A DNA stretch of 64,000 nucleotides from a virus. The DNA lies in IMG/VR virus record IMGVR_UViG_3300028423_001099, positions 1 to 64,000 of that record. One strand, 5' to 3'. The position numbers and the translations under genes are program-made. Under the pieces are notes generated by a model. It saw nothing but the letters and a program-made list of their open reading frames with translations, had not been told where the DNA came from and searched no databases. Shown one piece after another: positions 19,642 through 28,806 of the stretch. How positions within the stretch are numbered: the first letter of the stretch is position 1; each line of letters begins with the position of its first letter.

Positions 19642-19670
19642 ATTTTATCTGAAAAACACAGTGCAGTCAA
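19642..19670 (-). promoter_or_regulatory. sigma70-like promoter
   Basis: TTGACT-N17-TAAAAT. Confidence 0.6.
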
Positions 19671-19740
19671 GTTTTTTGTGAAATTCGCCAAAAATAACCG
19701 TTTCTGCCTGGTATATTAACTTGGTTTGTAAATACAACAG

Positions 19741-19841
19741 TGGACAGCGCACTGTTCAGTCTAACAAGTAATTGAACACTGCGTCCCTCTTAGAATACGC
19801 TATATAGAAGCAGAGAACTGCAACTTTGGCTGTCCATTTTT
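19741..19841 (+). ncRNA. candidate structured non-coding RNA
   Basis: TAAATA at 19729-19734; closing stem TGGACAGC/GCTGTCCA, two internal hairpins, T-tract; no ORF. Confidence 0.5.
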
Positions 19842-19879
19842 AATTATACAATGCCGGCCGGCACACACACATGATTGGA

Positions 19880-20932
19880 TTATACTAGCTCGTGCTCTGA
19901 AAACTTCACAGTTTCCAGCAGTTGATCTACGGCCAAGTTCTTCATCTTGCTCTCACACTCTACGTCTGCATAAGGCCAATAGCTCATGGCCCACTGATTG
20001 GCCACGGGGTTGGGATAGTAGTCTGAGTGTGCACGCAGTTTGGTTTTCTTAGCGCCTTGATCAATGAGATGGTCTCGGTCATGCAGTGCTTGATGTTTGT
20101 TATCAATGTCGGGGATGTGCTCGTCACGACTGTAGCTGTAGTGTATTAAAGGACGCACGCCGCGCCAACTGTCCACGACCTGTTGAAACCTAAGGTCTGT
20201 GGGCTGTATGTATTCGCCCTCTCTGACCCAGTGATGGTGAATGTCAAGCACCAGTGCCACGTGATCTCGAAGTTTGAGGCTCTCATCTAAGCCCCAGCCA
20301 AACTCGTCATTTTCAATGGTGATGGTGTTGCGGGCCTCTGGACTCAAATGCGGTAGCACATCAATGATGCCTTGAGCACCCAGTCGACCCGATATGTGCA
20401 CATTGCAACAGAAATCTTGGAACTGTTGACCATAGCCCATCCAGCGAATCATGTCACAGTGATATTCGAATTCGTCGATGCTGCGTTCTACCACATCGGG
20501 CTTGTCAGAAGCTAACACACAGAACTGACCGGGATGCATGTCCAATCTCACATCCAGTCTCCGTGCGGCTTCGCCTACTTGTGCAAAGCCCTGTTCCAGC
20601 CATCGTCTAGTATCTGAGTCTTCCCATAGGTAACGCCAAGTGGGTTCAGTGGCCATGGGTATTTGATGACTGCCCAGTCTTACCATGCGTTTGTGCTTTG
20701 GGAGGCTACCTACCCACTCAACCAATCGCAGTGCGGATGCCATGTTGTGCTCAACCAGTTCATGGAGGCGCTGTTCGGCATCCTGTTGTGCTTGACGGTT
20801 CAGCCAGGCCACGGTAGTACTACGTTCTGTGTACTGCTGTTGTTTTTCATGGAGTATCTTTTTGGGCTGATCTTGGTTAGGATCCATGTATTTGCAACAG
20901 AAACCTATGCGCTGTGTGCTTTGGTCAAACAT
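19880..20932 (-). CDS. uvsE: UV damage endonuclease UvsE/UVDE
   Basis: RIGFCCK, MHPGQFCVLAS, NVHISG, IENDE, LDIHHHW, HYS, LRAHSD, ESKMKNLA. Confidence 0.93.
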   Translation of the reverse strand: MFDQSTQRIGFCCKYMDPNQDQPKKILHEKQQQYTERSTTVAWLNRQAQQDAEQRLHELVEHNMASALRLVEWVGSLPKHKRMVRLGSHQIPMATEPTWRYLWEDSDTRRWLEQGFAQVGEAARRLDVRLDMHPGQFCVLASDKPDVVERSIDEFEYHCDMIRWMGYGQQFQDFCCNVHISGRLGAQGIIDVLPHLSPEARNTITIENDEFGWGLDESLKLRDHVALVLDIHHHWVREGEYIQPTDLRFQQVVDSWRGVRPLIHYSYSRDEHIPDIDNKHQALHDRDHLIDQGAKKTKLRAHSDYYPNPVANQWAMSYWPYADVECESKMKNLAVDQLLETVKFSEHELV

Positions 20933-21263
20933 CTGAATCCTTTTTTATCATGTTGAGAGCACGGTTTATGCTCTCTGAGGAATTGTTGGTGTTTGCAAAC
21001 ATTGTAATGTCCAGCACCGGCTGTGTCAATGCACTCTGCATGTGTATCATGGCATTGCTGAGCTCTTCTGTGGATTCACCGTATGGAGCAACACCAGATT
21101 CTGTGCATGCCACAGGCGTGCCCTCATGATCATAGTATACCTCATGAATCTCAAAATATTCACCAGAGTCGCTGTGGTGTTTGATCACACGATAATTCCA
21201 GTGTTTGGCGGTTTTTTCTGCTGTCATGCGTGTAATTGTACAGGTTTTTGTGTGATAGGTCAA
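20925..21263 (-). CDS. hypothetical protein
   Basis: WNYRV...IHEVYYD motif typical of small phage proteins. Confidence 0.65.
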   Translation of the reverse strand: MTYHTKTCTITRMTAEKTAKHWNYRVIKHHSDSGEYFEIHEVYYDHEGTPVACTESGVAPYGESTEELSNAMIHMQSALTQPVLDITMFANTNNSSESINRALNMIKKDSDV

Positions 21264-21273
21264 CTCTGGTTCT

Positions 21274-21281
21274 GATAAATA
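21274..21281 (+). promoter_or_regulatory. late promoter GATAAATA
   Basis: Heads the plus-strand virion-protein cluster. Confidence 0.65.
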
Positions 21282-21317
21282 TAATTTATAAAAACTGCCA
21301 AACTATGGGGAGAAACC

Positions 21318-21929
21318 ATGGCTTCTGTTAAAAAATACAATCTCGCCGGTGTTGCAGCAAATGTGGAACTGGGCAAAAAAGGCTCATACATTGCAGGCAC
21401 TGCAAACTCTATCGGATTTTACACTTCAGGCAATGCACTGCAAAAACTGTCAATTGCCAATGCAACTGCCAGCACACAAGCTGTTACCAAAGCACAACTG
21501 GATGAACTCAGTGAAGACCTCCTGCAGCATATCACTGTGGATGTTGCACATGACTCGGCCACAGGATCACTTGCAACCATTGCAGAAGGATCACGTGTGA
21601 TCAGTGTCACTGTTGATATCCCAGCTGTGTGGCAGGGAACTGCTGACAACACAACCACTTACATTGAAGTAGGCGATGAAGACAACAGCAGTAGATTTAT
21701 ACGATCGCAGGATGTCGATGTGCTCAAAGTAGGTCAGTACCACAGTCAATTTCAATATGAATACCTATCTGAAACAGACCTCTCCTATTCGGTGACACAG
21801 GGCACAGCCACCAGCGGGTCGGCAACAATCAGTATTGTGGTAGCCAGCGACAGTGTTGATGTCACAGACTATGGTTCAATCAACGAAGCACAAACTGAAA
21901 ACGAAGATCTCGGCAACATCACACTGTGA
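21318..21929 (+). CDS. putative virion structural protein (paralog A)
   Basis: Beta-rich, S/T/A-rich; VKKYNLAGVAANVELGK shared with next gene. Confidence 0.65.
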   Translation: MASVKKYNLAGVAANVELGKKGSYIAGTANSIGFYTSGNALQKLSIANATASTQAVTKAQLDELSEDLLQHITVDVAHDSATGSLATIAEGSRVISVTVDIPAVWQGTADNTTTYIEVGDEDNSSRFIRSQDVDVLKVGQYHSQFQYEYLSETDLSYSVTQGTATSGSATISIVVASDSVDVTDYGSINEAQTENEDLGNITL

Positions 21930-21944
21930 TGACAGGATATTGAT

Positions 21945-22484
21945 ATGGTAGATTCAGTAAAAAATTATGGCATTGCTGGCGTGGCAGCCAATGTGCAGCT
22001 AGGCAAAGGCGGAGCAAAGATTGTCGGCAGTAACAGCGATCAAGTCAGTTTCGAAGACCCCGATGGCAACCCAGTGGGCATTGACATTGCAGAAGGCACA
22101 GCCCCCGAACATGCTGTGGCACAAACTCAACTCACCGAAGCTGCAGAAGGCAAGGTGTCTTTTGCAAAAGCCACTGCAAACTTTGATGATGCTAGTGCAT
22201 CGTTTGGCACTGCCAGTGCAAATACCAAAATACTCAGCATTAGCATAACTCCAGGAAACAGCTGGAGTGGTGCCGACGGAGAAACACTGCTCACTGTGGG
22301 CGACGACGCCGATCAAGATCGTCTGTACACCATCACTGACTTCAGCCAGCTGGACACACAATTTCAAGAAGAAATTGGTTTCACATACAGCAGTGCCACT
22401 GAAGTCAAGGTGTATGTCACACAAGGCAATGCATCAGCAGGCAGTGCAAAAATTACTCTGCAGTATGTGGGCACAATACAATGA
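21945..22484 (+). CDS. putative virion structural protein (paralog B)
   Basis: VKNYGIAGVAANVQLGK, VGD..D..R, VTQG.A..GSA.I shared with previous gene. Confidence 0.65.
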   Translation: MVDSVKNYGIAGVAANVQLGKGGAKIVGSNSDQVSFEDPDGNPVGIDIAEGTAPEHAVAQTQLTEAAEGKVSFAKATANFDDASASFGTASANTKILSISITPGNSWSGADGETLLTVGDDADQDRLYTITDFSQLDTQFQEEIGFTYSSATEVKVYVTQGNASAGSAKITLQYVGTIQ

Positions 22485-22642
22485 TAATCAGTGAGATTGT
22501 TAACGTCACAGAAGCACGCAAAAAGAAGAGCAAGCGTAAACCTGATCAAGTGCGCGCTGGCGAGAAAAAACCAAAAAAATCAAAACCCACCAGCGGCGGC
22601 GAATCACCGCATCCGTATCAGGGTCGTTTGGTAGGCAACTAA
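22481..22642 (+). CDS. small basic protein (53 aa, MIISEIVNVTEARKKK...HPYQGRLVGN), not in ORF track
   Basis: Manually translated; ATGA overlap with upstream stop; MxIxEI leader. Confidence 0.7.
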   Translation: MIISEIVNVTEARKKKSKRKPDQVRAGEKKPKKSKPTSGGESPHPYQGRLVGN

Positions 22643-22656
22643 GAGAATACACAGAT

Positions 22657-23286
22657 ATGAAACTATGGCATTTAATAGAAGCTAGATTGGAAAATCACCC
22701 CGATGTGTCCTATGACCTAGAAGGCGAAACCAAAGCAAAAACCCTTTCCGAAGAGTTTAGCAAGATCACTGCAACAGTTACAGGCCCATCTAGTGCCCAG
22801 TTTACTCGTCTTGCAAACAAGTTTAAAAAGATCGACGAGTTTAACAAAGAAATAAAAGAGCTCAGAGACGATGCTAATGCAGAAGCCAAACAGCACATTG
22901 AAGAACTGTTTGATGCTGAAGATGCTGTGCTCACCAGGTATATTGACACAGTGAGTCTTAGCATCACCATGGCCAAAGATACACCGGAGCGTGAAGAAGA
23001 AGATGAAGTTTTTGAAGTGGAAGATTTCTTAGAAGAGCTCTATGAAATGGTTGATGGTGATCTAGTGCCTATGATACAGCAACTAAAAGAAAAGCACACC
23101 AAAATAGAGAAAACAGTGATGTCAGGCAGAAAAGGCACGCTCAAAGTCAAGACCAAAGAAGCTGCGGGCGCAGTAGACTATTCCAAGCTGGAACAGCTTG
23201 CTGACACCCTGGGAGAAATTGTTGACATAAAAATGTCACAGTATGACCAGAAACTACAACAGTTGAAGTCGGCTTTTTTGCCATAA
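22657..23286 (+). CDS. putative internal head protein
   Basis: MKLWHLIEA leader; acidic, helical. Confidence 0.55.
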   Translation: MKLWHLIEARLENHPDVSYDLEGETKAKTLSEEFSKITATVTGPSSAQFTRLANKFKKIDEFNKEIKELRDDANAEAKQHIEELFDAEDAVLTRYIDTVSLSITMAKDTPEREEEDEVFEVEDFLEELYEMVDGDLVPMIQQLKEKHTKIEKTVMSGRKGTLKVKTKEAAGAVDYSKLEQLADTLGEIVDIKMSQYDQKLQQLKSAFLP

Positions 23287-23295
23287 GGAGTTAAC

Positions 23296-23493
23296 ATGAA
23301 CGTTTTTGCACAACTAGAAGCAGCAAAACAATGGATCAAACAACGCTTTGCAGAACGCACCACCTGGGACGGCAGTGTGATCATTGGCATCAGTGTACTT
23401 GCACTAGCAGCAGCACCGTTGATCAAATGGATTGCATGGGCAGGCATTGCATATGGTATCTGGACCATCTGGAAATCAGAACAAGGCCAATAA
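23296..23493 (+). CDS. small two-TM membrane protein (holin-like candidate)
   Basis: ERTTWDG then two hydrophobic helices; TAAGGAG SD. Confidence 0.6.
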   Translation: MNVFAQLEAAKQWIKQRFAERTTWDGSVIIGISVLALAAAPLIKWIAWAGIAYGIWTIWKSEQGQ

Positions 23494-23505
23494 AGGATTA
23501 GAACC

Positions 23506-23790
23506 ATGAACGATATGAGAAAACTATTAGAAGCAGTCGAATCTGCACAGAGTGACAATGCTAGCAGCGCACTGGTTCGTAAAATTGGAACCCATATGTC
23601 CGAGATACTCGAAGATTTTTATTCATACTATGATTTAGAATCCGAAGACCCAGATATCGGCAACAATTTTGAAAACCATGGTGGTACAAATGATTACACC
23701 AGAGAGCAATTTGCGTGGTTGCAAGCCTACAGTGCGTTTATCGGAGCATCAGGAAGGCTGTTTGATAAACTAATTGACATAAAATTCTAG
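23506..23790 (+). CDS. putative internal head protein (MNDMRKL leader)
   Basis: Shared N-terminus with next two genes. Confidence 0.6.
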   Translation: MNDMRKLLEAVESAQSDNASSALVRKIGTHMSEILEDFYSYYDLESEDPDIGNNFENHGGTNDYTREQFAWLQAYSAFIGASGRLFDKLIDIKF

Positions 23791-23808
23791 AAGAAAAGGA
23801 CTGGAATT

Positions 23809-24213
23809 ATGAACGAAATGAGAAAATTGATGGAAACTACAGCTCAGCTGTTTGATGACAGAGTGGAATCAGACACCGATCGCTACTATGCTGATCAGGA
23901 TCGCAGTGAACAAGAAGCAGCAGAGAATCTGCCCTATGACATTGAAGATGCAGAGAACTATTTTCTCAATGACCCTGCAGGCAAGACAGAGTTTGCAGAC
24001 TTCTTCTTGGACAATCTAGTAGAAAATCCTAGGGAGGTCGACATTGATCTCATGATAGACATTGTGAAAAACTATTTTGACAGTGTGGTTGCAGATCAAT
24101 CTCTGCCAGCTCAGTTTGCAGAATCAGAAACCATGAATGAGGTTCTAGCAAACTATTTGGAAGGTCGTGGATACAACTTAGATGCCAGCCAAATCGAACA
24201 ATATAGAAGATAG
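23809..24213 (+). CDS. putative internal head protein (MNEMRKL leader)
   Basis: Shared N-terminus; acidic. Confidence 0.6.
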   Translation: MNEMRKLMETTAQLFDDRVESDTDRYYADQDRSEQEAAENLPYDIEDAENYFLNDPAGKTEFADFFLDNLVENPREVDIDLMIDIVKNYFDSVVADQSLPAQFAESETMNEVLANYLEGRGYNLDASQIEQYRR

Positions 24214-24222
24214 GATATTATT

Positions 24223-24708
24223 ATGAATGACATGAGAAAACTGATTGATGCAGCAACACCGCTGTTTGAATCACATAAAAAAACACCCGTGGCAGAAGCC
24301 ATTGACGGCCCAGATTACGGACACGAAGGCTCAGCTGACATGGCCCTGACACAGTTGCATTTTATCGAGTATGCTGCACAGGAAGTACGCGAATGCCTGG
24401 AAGCAGGTACCATGATGGAAGAATGGTATCAGAACAAGCTGGCCAAAATCCACGGCGACATGGAAGGCCTGCACTCTCACATGGAAGGTCAAAAGCGACG
24501 CAGAGAGATGTGTGGCCCTGATGAGATAATGCCAGATGACATGGCAGATGATGCTGGCCTGGCAATGACCGAGAAGAAAAAAGACAAAAGCCCAGGCAAG
24601 ATCGACAAAGACGAAGATCCCTGCTGGAAAGGCTACAAAATGGTAGGCACCAAGAAGAAAAATGGCAAAGAAGTGCCCAACTGTGTGCCTGGCAAAAAAG
24701 GCAAGTAA
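24223..24708 (+). CDS. putative internal head protein with CWKGY...PNCV module
   Basis: MNDMRKL leader; EEWYQNKL helical module; basic Cys-pair C-terminal module. Confidence 0.65.
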   Translation: MNDMRKLIDAATPLFESHKKTPVAEAIDGPDYGHEGSADMALTQLHFIEYAAQEVRECLEAGTMMEEWYQNKLAKIHGDMEGLHSHMEGQKRRREMCGPDEIMPDDMADDAGLAMTEKKKDKSPGKIDKDEDPCWKGYKMVGTKKKNGKEVPNCVPGKKGK

Positions 24709-24729
24709 ACAAATCAACGAGAAAAAAGG

Positions 24730-25842
24730 ATGGAAATTGTTGAAGACCCCAATCTTATTACAATATTTCATCCTTATGGAATAGACAGCAGCAGTCCTAA
24801 CGGTCCCTGGAAATTCATAGAATTCCTGCAGACAATAAAAAATAAAAAAGTCGTTGTTTTTAATCCAGAAGAATTCAATCCTTTTTTTCGCTCTGATCAA
24901 GGCGGCATAAACAGCCGTGAAGCCTACTGGAATTATGTAAACCAGTTTAACTCTGTGATCACAGAAAATAACATCACATTGGAGTACTGGATCAGCATCC
25001 ACGATGATCAAAATCTAGAATGGCGCAACGAGTTCAAGGTAAAAGCAATTAACTGGCCTGCATATCAGCTTCACTGTACAGCACACGATCTACAAAAAGA
25101 CTCTATTCAACAAGTGAAGCATATCAACAAGCTGGCAATCAGCATGAATTCCAAACCCACGCATCACCGTTGTATGCTGATAGAATCCATTTATAAAGAG
25201 CAACTGAAGAATGATTTTTGTTTAAGCTGGCTAATGCCCGATGCTGTTGAAGATTTTCATTTTGAACATTTTAACAACCAACAGCATGTGTTAGACTATG
25301 ACCCGGGTCCGGAACCTGATCCTAGAACAATATATCCTCCGAACGTACAAAATCCAACAGAGTTTTACACTTGCTTGTTCAACATAGTAGCAGAAACCAC
25401 AGTGGACCTGCCGGATATCAGCGAAAAGACATTTGTGCCTTTGCTCTGCGGAAAACCATTCTTGGTTTTGGGAATTCCTGGGTTACATCGGATGCTTGTT
25501 GATCATTATGGGATAAAACTGTTCGAAGAACACATCGACTATGGTTTTGATGATGTAGAGGATACCCAGACTAGAATCAATCTAATATTGAAACAAATTG
25601 CTAAATATCGTGGAGAAAACTACAACGACCTCTACAGAGAAATGTTGCCGGTCATAGAGCACAACAAAAAACTATGTTGGGATATTGTGCATTCTAAATC
25701 TATGTTTCCAGAAGATTTATCTCAGAGGGTAAAACATTTGTCGCAGTCCACACACTGGCTTGCTGACACAATCACAACACAGACACACAAAGGTAATACT
25801 TATGCCAAAGAAAACCACACTCAACGGCAAGCTCAACAATAA
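24730..25842 (+). CDS. putative glycosyltransferase-like protein (ET..SEKT motif family)
   Basis: HR..L, NIVAET...ISEKTFVPL..GKPFLV.G, DYGFD; paralog of 15555. Confidence 0.5.
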   Translation: MEIVEDPNLITIFHPYGIDSSSPNGPWKFIEFLQTIKNKKVVVFNPEEFNPFFRSDQGGINSREAYWNYVNQFNSVITENNITLEYWISIHDDQNLEWRNEFKVKAINWPAYQLHCTAHDLQKDSIQQVKHINKLAISMNSKPTHHRCMLIESIYKEQLKNDFCLSWLMPDAVEDFHFEHFNNQQHVLDYDPGPEPDPRTIYPPNVQNPTEFYTCLFNIVAETTVDLPDISEKTFVPLLCGKPFLVLGIPGLHRMLVDHYGIKLFEEHIDYGFDDVEDTQTRINLILKQIAKYRGENYNDLYREMLPVIEHNKKLCWDIVHSKSMFPEDLSQRVKHLSQSTHWLADTITTQTHKGNTYAKENHTQRQAQQ

Positions 25843-25945
25843 TCCGCCCAAAGGCACCAGCATTGGCTCTGGCAATGTTAAAACCAGCAGCATGAACAAA
25901 AGCAAGAAGCGCAGTCACAAACGCTATCGCGGGCAAGGCAAATAA
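25802..25945 (+). CDS. small basic protein (47 aa) ending KRYRGQGK
   Basis: TSIG...KTSSMNKSKKRS.KRYRGQG motif recalled from T4-like aquatic phages. Confidence 0.7.
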   Translation: MPKKTTLNGKLNNNPPKGTSIGSGNVKTSSMNKSKKRSHKRYRGQGK

Positions 25946-25956
25946 GCACAATAAAA

Positions 25957-26793
25957 ATGATGGTGTGCTTCTACGATCACAAAAAAAATCTGTTGCTGTT
26001 GCCTATTAACAGATGCGGCGCAGGAATGTTTTCTGAGATTGCATCAGCAAGCACAGACCTAACAGTAACCACTGTTGAAGAATTTTTTGGAGGTGCCAGT
26101 CCGGACCAGATACCAGAGATTGTTGCTATTGTGCGGCACCCTACTCGTGCATTTGTCAGTGGTGTCTCAGAGATTTTTGACGTCAATGGAGTTAGGCCAA
26201 AAATAAATCACATAGATCATCGAGCATATCATCTCGGCAGCAGGCATCTATCGCATCGCCTTGCTATTCCTATGATTTTTGCATCAGCAGGCTGTACACT
26301 AACCATGTGGTTACTTGATGAACTCAGTGAAAAAATGATTGAGCTTTATCCCGAGCACAGTGAAATTATCAATCAGCATCACAGTGAAGATGCGTGTTCT
26401 ATGAGAACCAGCAATGTTCGACAGGTGCTATGTTGGCTCAGATATGAAGAATATATCAACAGTGTAAATGTCCAACATGCGTCCGAGTTGACCTGGGAAC
26501 AGTGGATGGAGCCCGAATTGGACCTATACAAGCATTGTGTGGGTTTCAGGAGATGCCAGCAACACTCAAACGACCATGACCCAAAAAGTGTTGGTGAGGG
26601 TTGCGTTAGACGGCTGTTTGACACAGAAGCATATTGGTGTGATAGAGCCCCGTCTTATCTAGCGCACGAACTGCCTCTCAACCTCATTGCTAAACTTTCG
26701 TCACTCGACCCCCACTGTTTTGATCCCAAAATAGTAGAGCTTAACAATAGCACAATGTCACGACTTAGCACAGACAAAAAAATTAACATTTGA
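25957..26793 (+). CDS. sulfotransferase-fold-like protein
   Basis: PINRCGAG (degenerate 5'-PSB loop) and IVRHP..AFVSG (3'-PB-like). Confidence 0.4.
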   Translation: MMVCFYDHKKNLLLLPINRCGAGMFSEIASASTDLTVTTVEEFFGGASPDQIPEIVAIVRHPTRAFVSGVSEIFDVNGVRPKINHIDHRAYHLGSRHLSHRLAIPMIFASAGCTLTMWLLDELSEKMIELYPEHSEIINQHHSEDACSMRTSNVRQVLCWLRYEEYINSVNVQHASELTWEQWMEPELDLYKHCVGFRRCQQHSNDHDPKSVGEGCVRRLFDTEAYWCDRAPSYLAHELPLNLIAKLSSLDPHCFDPKIVELNNSTMSRLSTDKKINI

Positions 26794-26799
26794 TAAATA
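26792..26799 (+). promoter_or_regulatory. late promoter GATAAATA
   Basis: 8 nt upstream of ATG 26808. Confidence 0.6.
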
Positions 26800-26807
26800 C
26801 AACTGTT

Positions 26808-28361
26808 ATGCGCAAAGCTGTGATCTATCCGGGACGTTTTCAGCCTATGCTGAGACACCACGCAGAAGTGTTTCAAACACTGCGGGCACAATTTCCTGAT
26901 GCTGAAGTTTACCTGTCTAGCACAAACAAAACTGACAGCGATTCTAGCCCTTTTAGCTTTCGGGAAAAACAACAAATAGCTTCTCAGATGTATGGCATTG
27001 ATTCGAGTAAGATGCTGGAAATTCCAGTGCCCTACAATGTAGACATGTATGACTTTGACCCAGATAACACACTGTTGATCATGGCAGTGGGAGGCAAAGA
27101 CTATGATCGCTTTCCTGTAAAAAACGTCAACGACGAAACAGGATTGGTCATGAAGAAAACAGCAGATGAACCCGCACGATTACAGCCAATAGATACTATG
27201 AAGGGCGATCCGTTGCCAATGAAACAGAGAGCATATATTGCTTATGCTCCTACAGTAGAAGACCAGCAGGGCGATGTACGCAGTGCCAGTGCATTTCGTC
27301 AACAGTTCAAGTCGGCACCAGATAAACAAACAGCACAAAAAGTATTCACCAGACATTTCGGAGAATACAACGAAGAAATTTTCAATTTGGTCTATGACCG
27401 ACTAGTGGAGCAGGATATGAATGAATCAATAAACACTGTGAGAAAGCTGGCAGGACTGCCAGAAGTCCACAGAGAGCAAGAGGTCACACAGGAAGCAGCT
27501 CCTGTGGACTATGCAATGACTGATGCAGAGAAACAGCTGGCAGAGCTAGGCAGAACACTCATGGACAATGCCATGCAGGAAAACAGTGACAAGCTATCCA
27601 ACTACATGAGTTTGGTTGGTCGCATGTTCACAGAATATGGCACAAACGAGGGTGCAAAATCTCTGCCTGAACTTGCTGACAAGTTGAAAATGTCCGAGGA
27701 AGAGGTGTTGAAATTTGCAGCTTATGCTCAAAAATTACAACAAGAAAAAGAAGGCACACCAGACAACGAAACCGAAATTGACCTCAGTGACTTCTACGAG
27801 GGCGAAGTGCCCAAAGACGAATTCGACGAAGCATCGCCGTTGGTGGGTGCAGCAGCGAGTGTTGCAGGGCGCATGGCTTCTAAATCTGCAGCACGCCGTG
27901 GTGCAGGCAAAACTCTCAGCAGGGCTGCAGGCAGTGTTGCAGGCGCTGCGGCCAAATCGGCATTGTCCAAGGCATCGGGCACAGCAAGGAAGAAATCAGG
28001 CAACAAGGACAGCGACATGGAAGAGGGTTCTGTTGCAGACTTTCATGCTGGCCAAGACACAGAGTCGGGCCCGGGCTGTGACTACTATGATCGGGAAACA
28101 CCTGTGGCAGATACATTTAGCCACAAAACAGTTGGAGATCTGTCGCCCATCGAAGCCACTGCTCGTCTGAGCACAACTGCAGTAAACGATGCAATGGGCC
28201 GGCTGGACATGATCAAAGAAAAGCTCTGTGATGACTCTGAGTTGCACACAGAAGTGCACAATGACATACAAGATATCATGGACATGCTACGTGATTATCG
28301 CAGAGAAATTGTAAATATAGCAGATGACGCAATGAGTCATCAAGGAGATAAAAATGTCTAA
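26808..28361 (+). CDS. HIGH-superfamily nucleotidyltransferase domain fused to head-protein-like modules
   Basis: IYPGRFQPMLRHH, SPFSF.EK, VGGKD, SASAFR; then RKLAGL and E-delimited segments. Confidence 0.7.
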   Translation: MRKAVIYPGRFQPMLRHHAEVFQTLRAQFPDAEVYLSSTNKTDSDSSPFSFREKQQIASQMYGIDSSKMLEIPVPYNVDMYDFDPDNTLLIMAVGGKDYDRFPVKNVNDETGLVMKKTADEPARLQPIDTMKGDPLPMKQRAYIAYAPTVEDQQGDVRSASAFRQQFKSAPDKQTAQKVFTRHFGEYNEEIFNLVYDRLVEQDMNESINTVRKLAGLPEVHREQEVTQEAAPVDYAMTDAEKQLAELGRTLMDNAMQENSDKLSNYMSLVGRMFTEYGTNEGAKSLPELADKLKMSEEEVLKFAAYAQKLQQEKEGTPDNETEIDLSDFYEGEVPKDEFDEASPLVGAAASVAGRMASKSAARRGAGKTLSRAAGSVAGAAAKSALSKASGTARKKSGNKDSDMEEGSVADFHAGQDTESGPGCDYYDRETPVADTFSHKTVGDLSPIEATARLSTTAVNDAMGRLDMIKEKLCDDSELHTEVHNDIQDIMDMLRDYRREIVNIADDAMSHQGDKNV

Positions 28362-28746
28362 ACACAATCAAATTGAAGAACTACAACGACTGGCCGGTCT
28401 AAGCGTCAGCGAAAATCACGAAGAAAGCGGCAAAGACATCACCAAAACTGTGGTGGGGCACGTTGATGATGAAGTGCACAATCTAAAAAAACTATCCTAT
28501 CAAATGGGTTCATACTGTGTGGAACTTTTTAAAATTCTTGACAGTTTGCCTGAAAACTCAGATATCCCCCATTGGGTGCAGGCAAAGTTGGTAAAAGCAC
28601 AGGATTATGTGAGCACATGCAAGCATTGGATGGAAAACGAGATTGCGGTTCCCGATCATGGTGCTGAACCTATTCTAGGTGCCAACCCAGACTCCATGGT
28701 ATCACCAGATGCACAAGATTTCTCGGATCCCAGTGGACTGAGCTAA
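28354..28746 (+). CDS. putative internal head protein
   Basis: LQRLAGL leader; PHWVQAKL module similar to EEWYQNKL module in 24223. Confidence 0.6.
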   Translation: MSKHNQIEELQRLAGLSVSENHEESGKDITKTVVGHVDDEVHNLKKLSYQMGSYCVELFKILDSLPENSDIPHWVQAKLVKAQDYVSTCKHWMENEIAVPDHGAEPILGANPDSMVSPDAQDFSDPSGLS

Positions 28747-28806
28747 CTCTGGCTTTTCTGCTCTGGTTGTCGCCTGCTAATAAGATTTTTTTCATGATGA
28801 CTTCGT

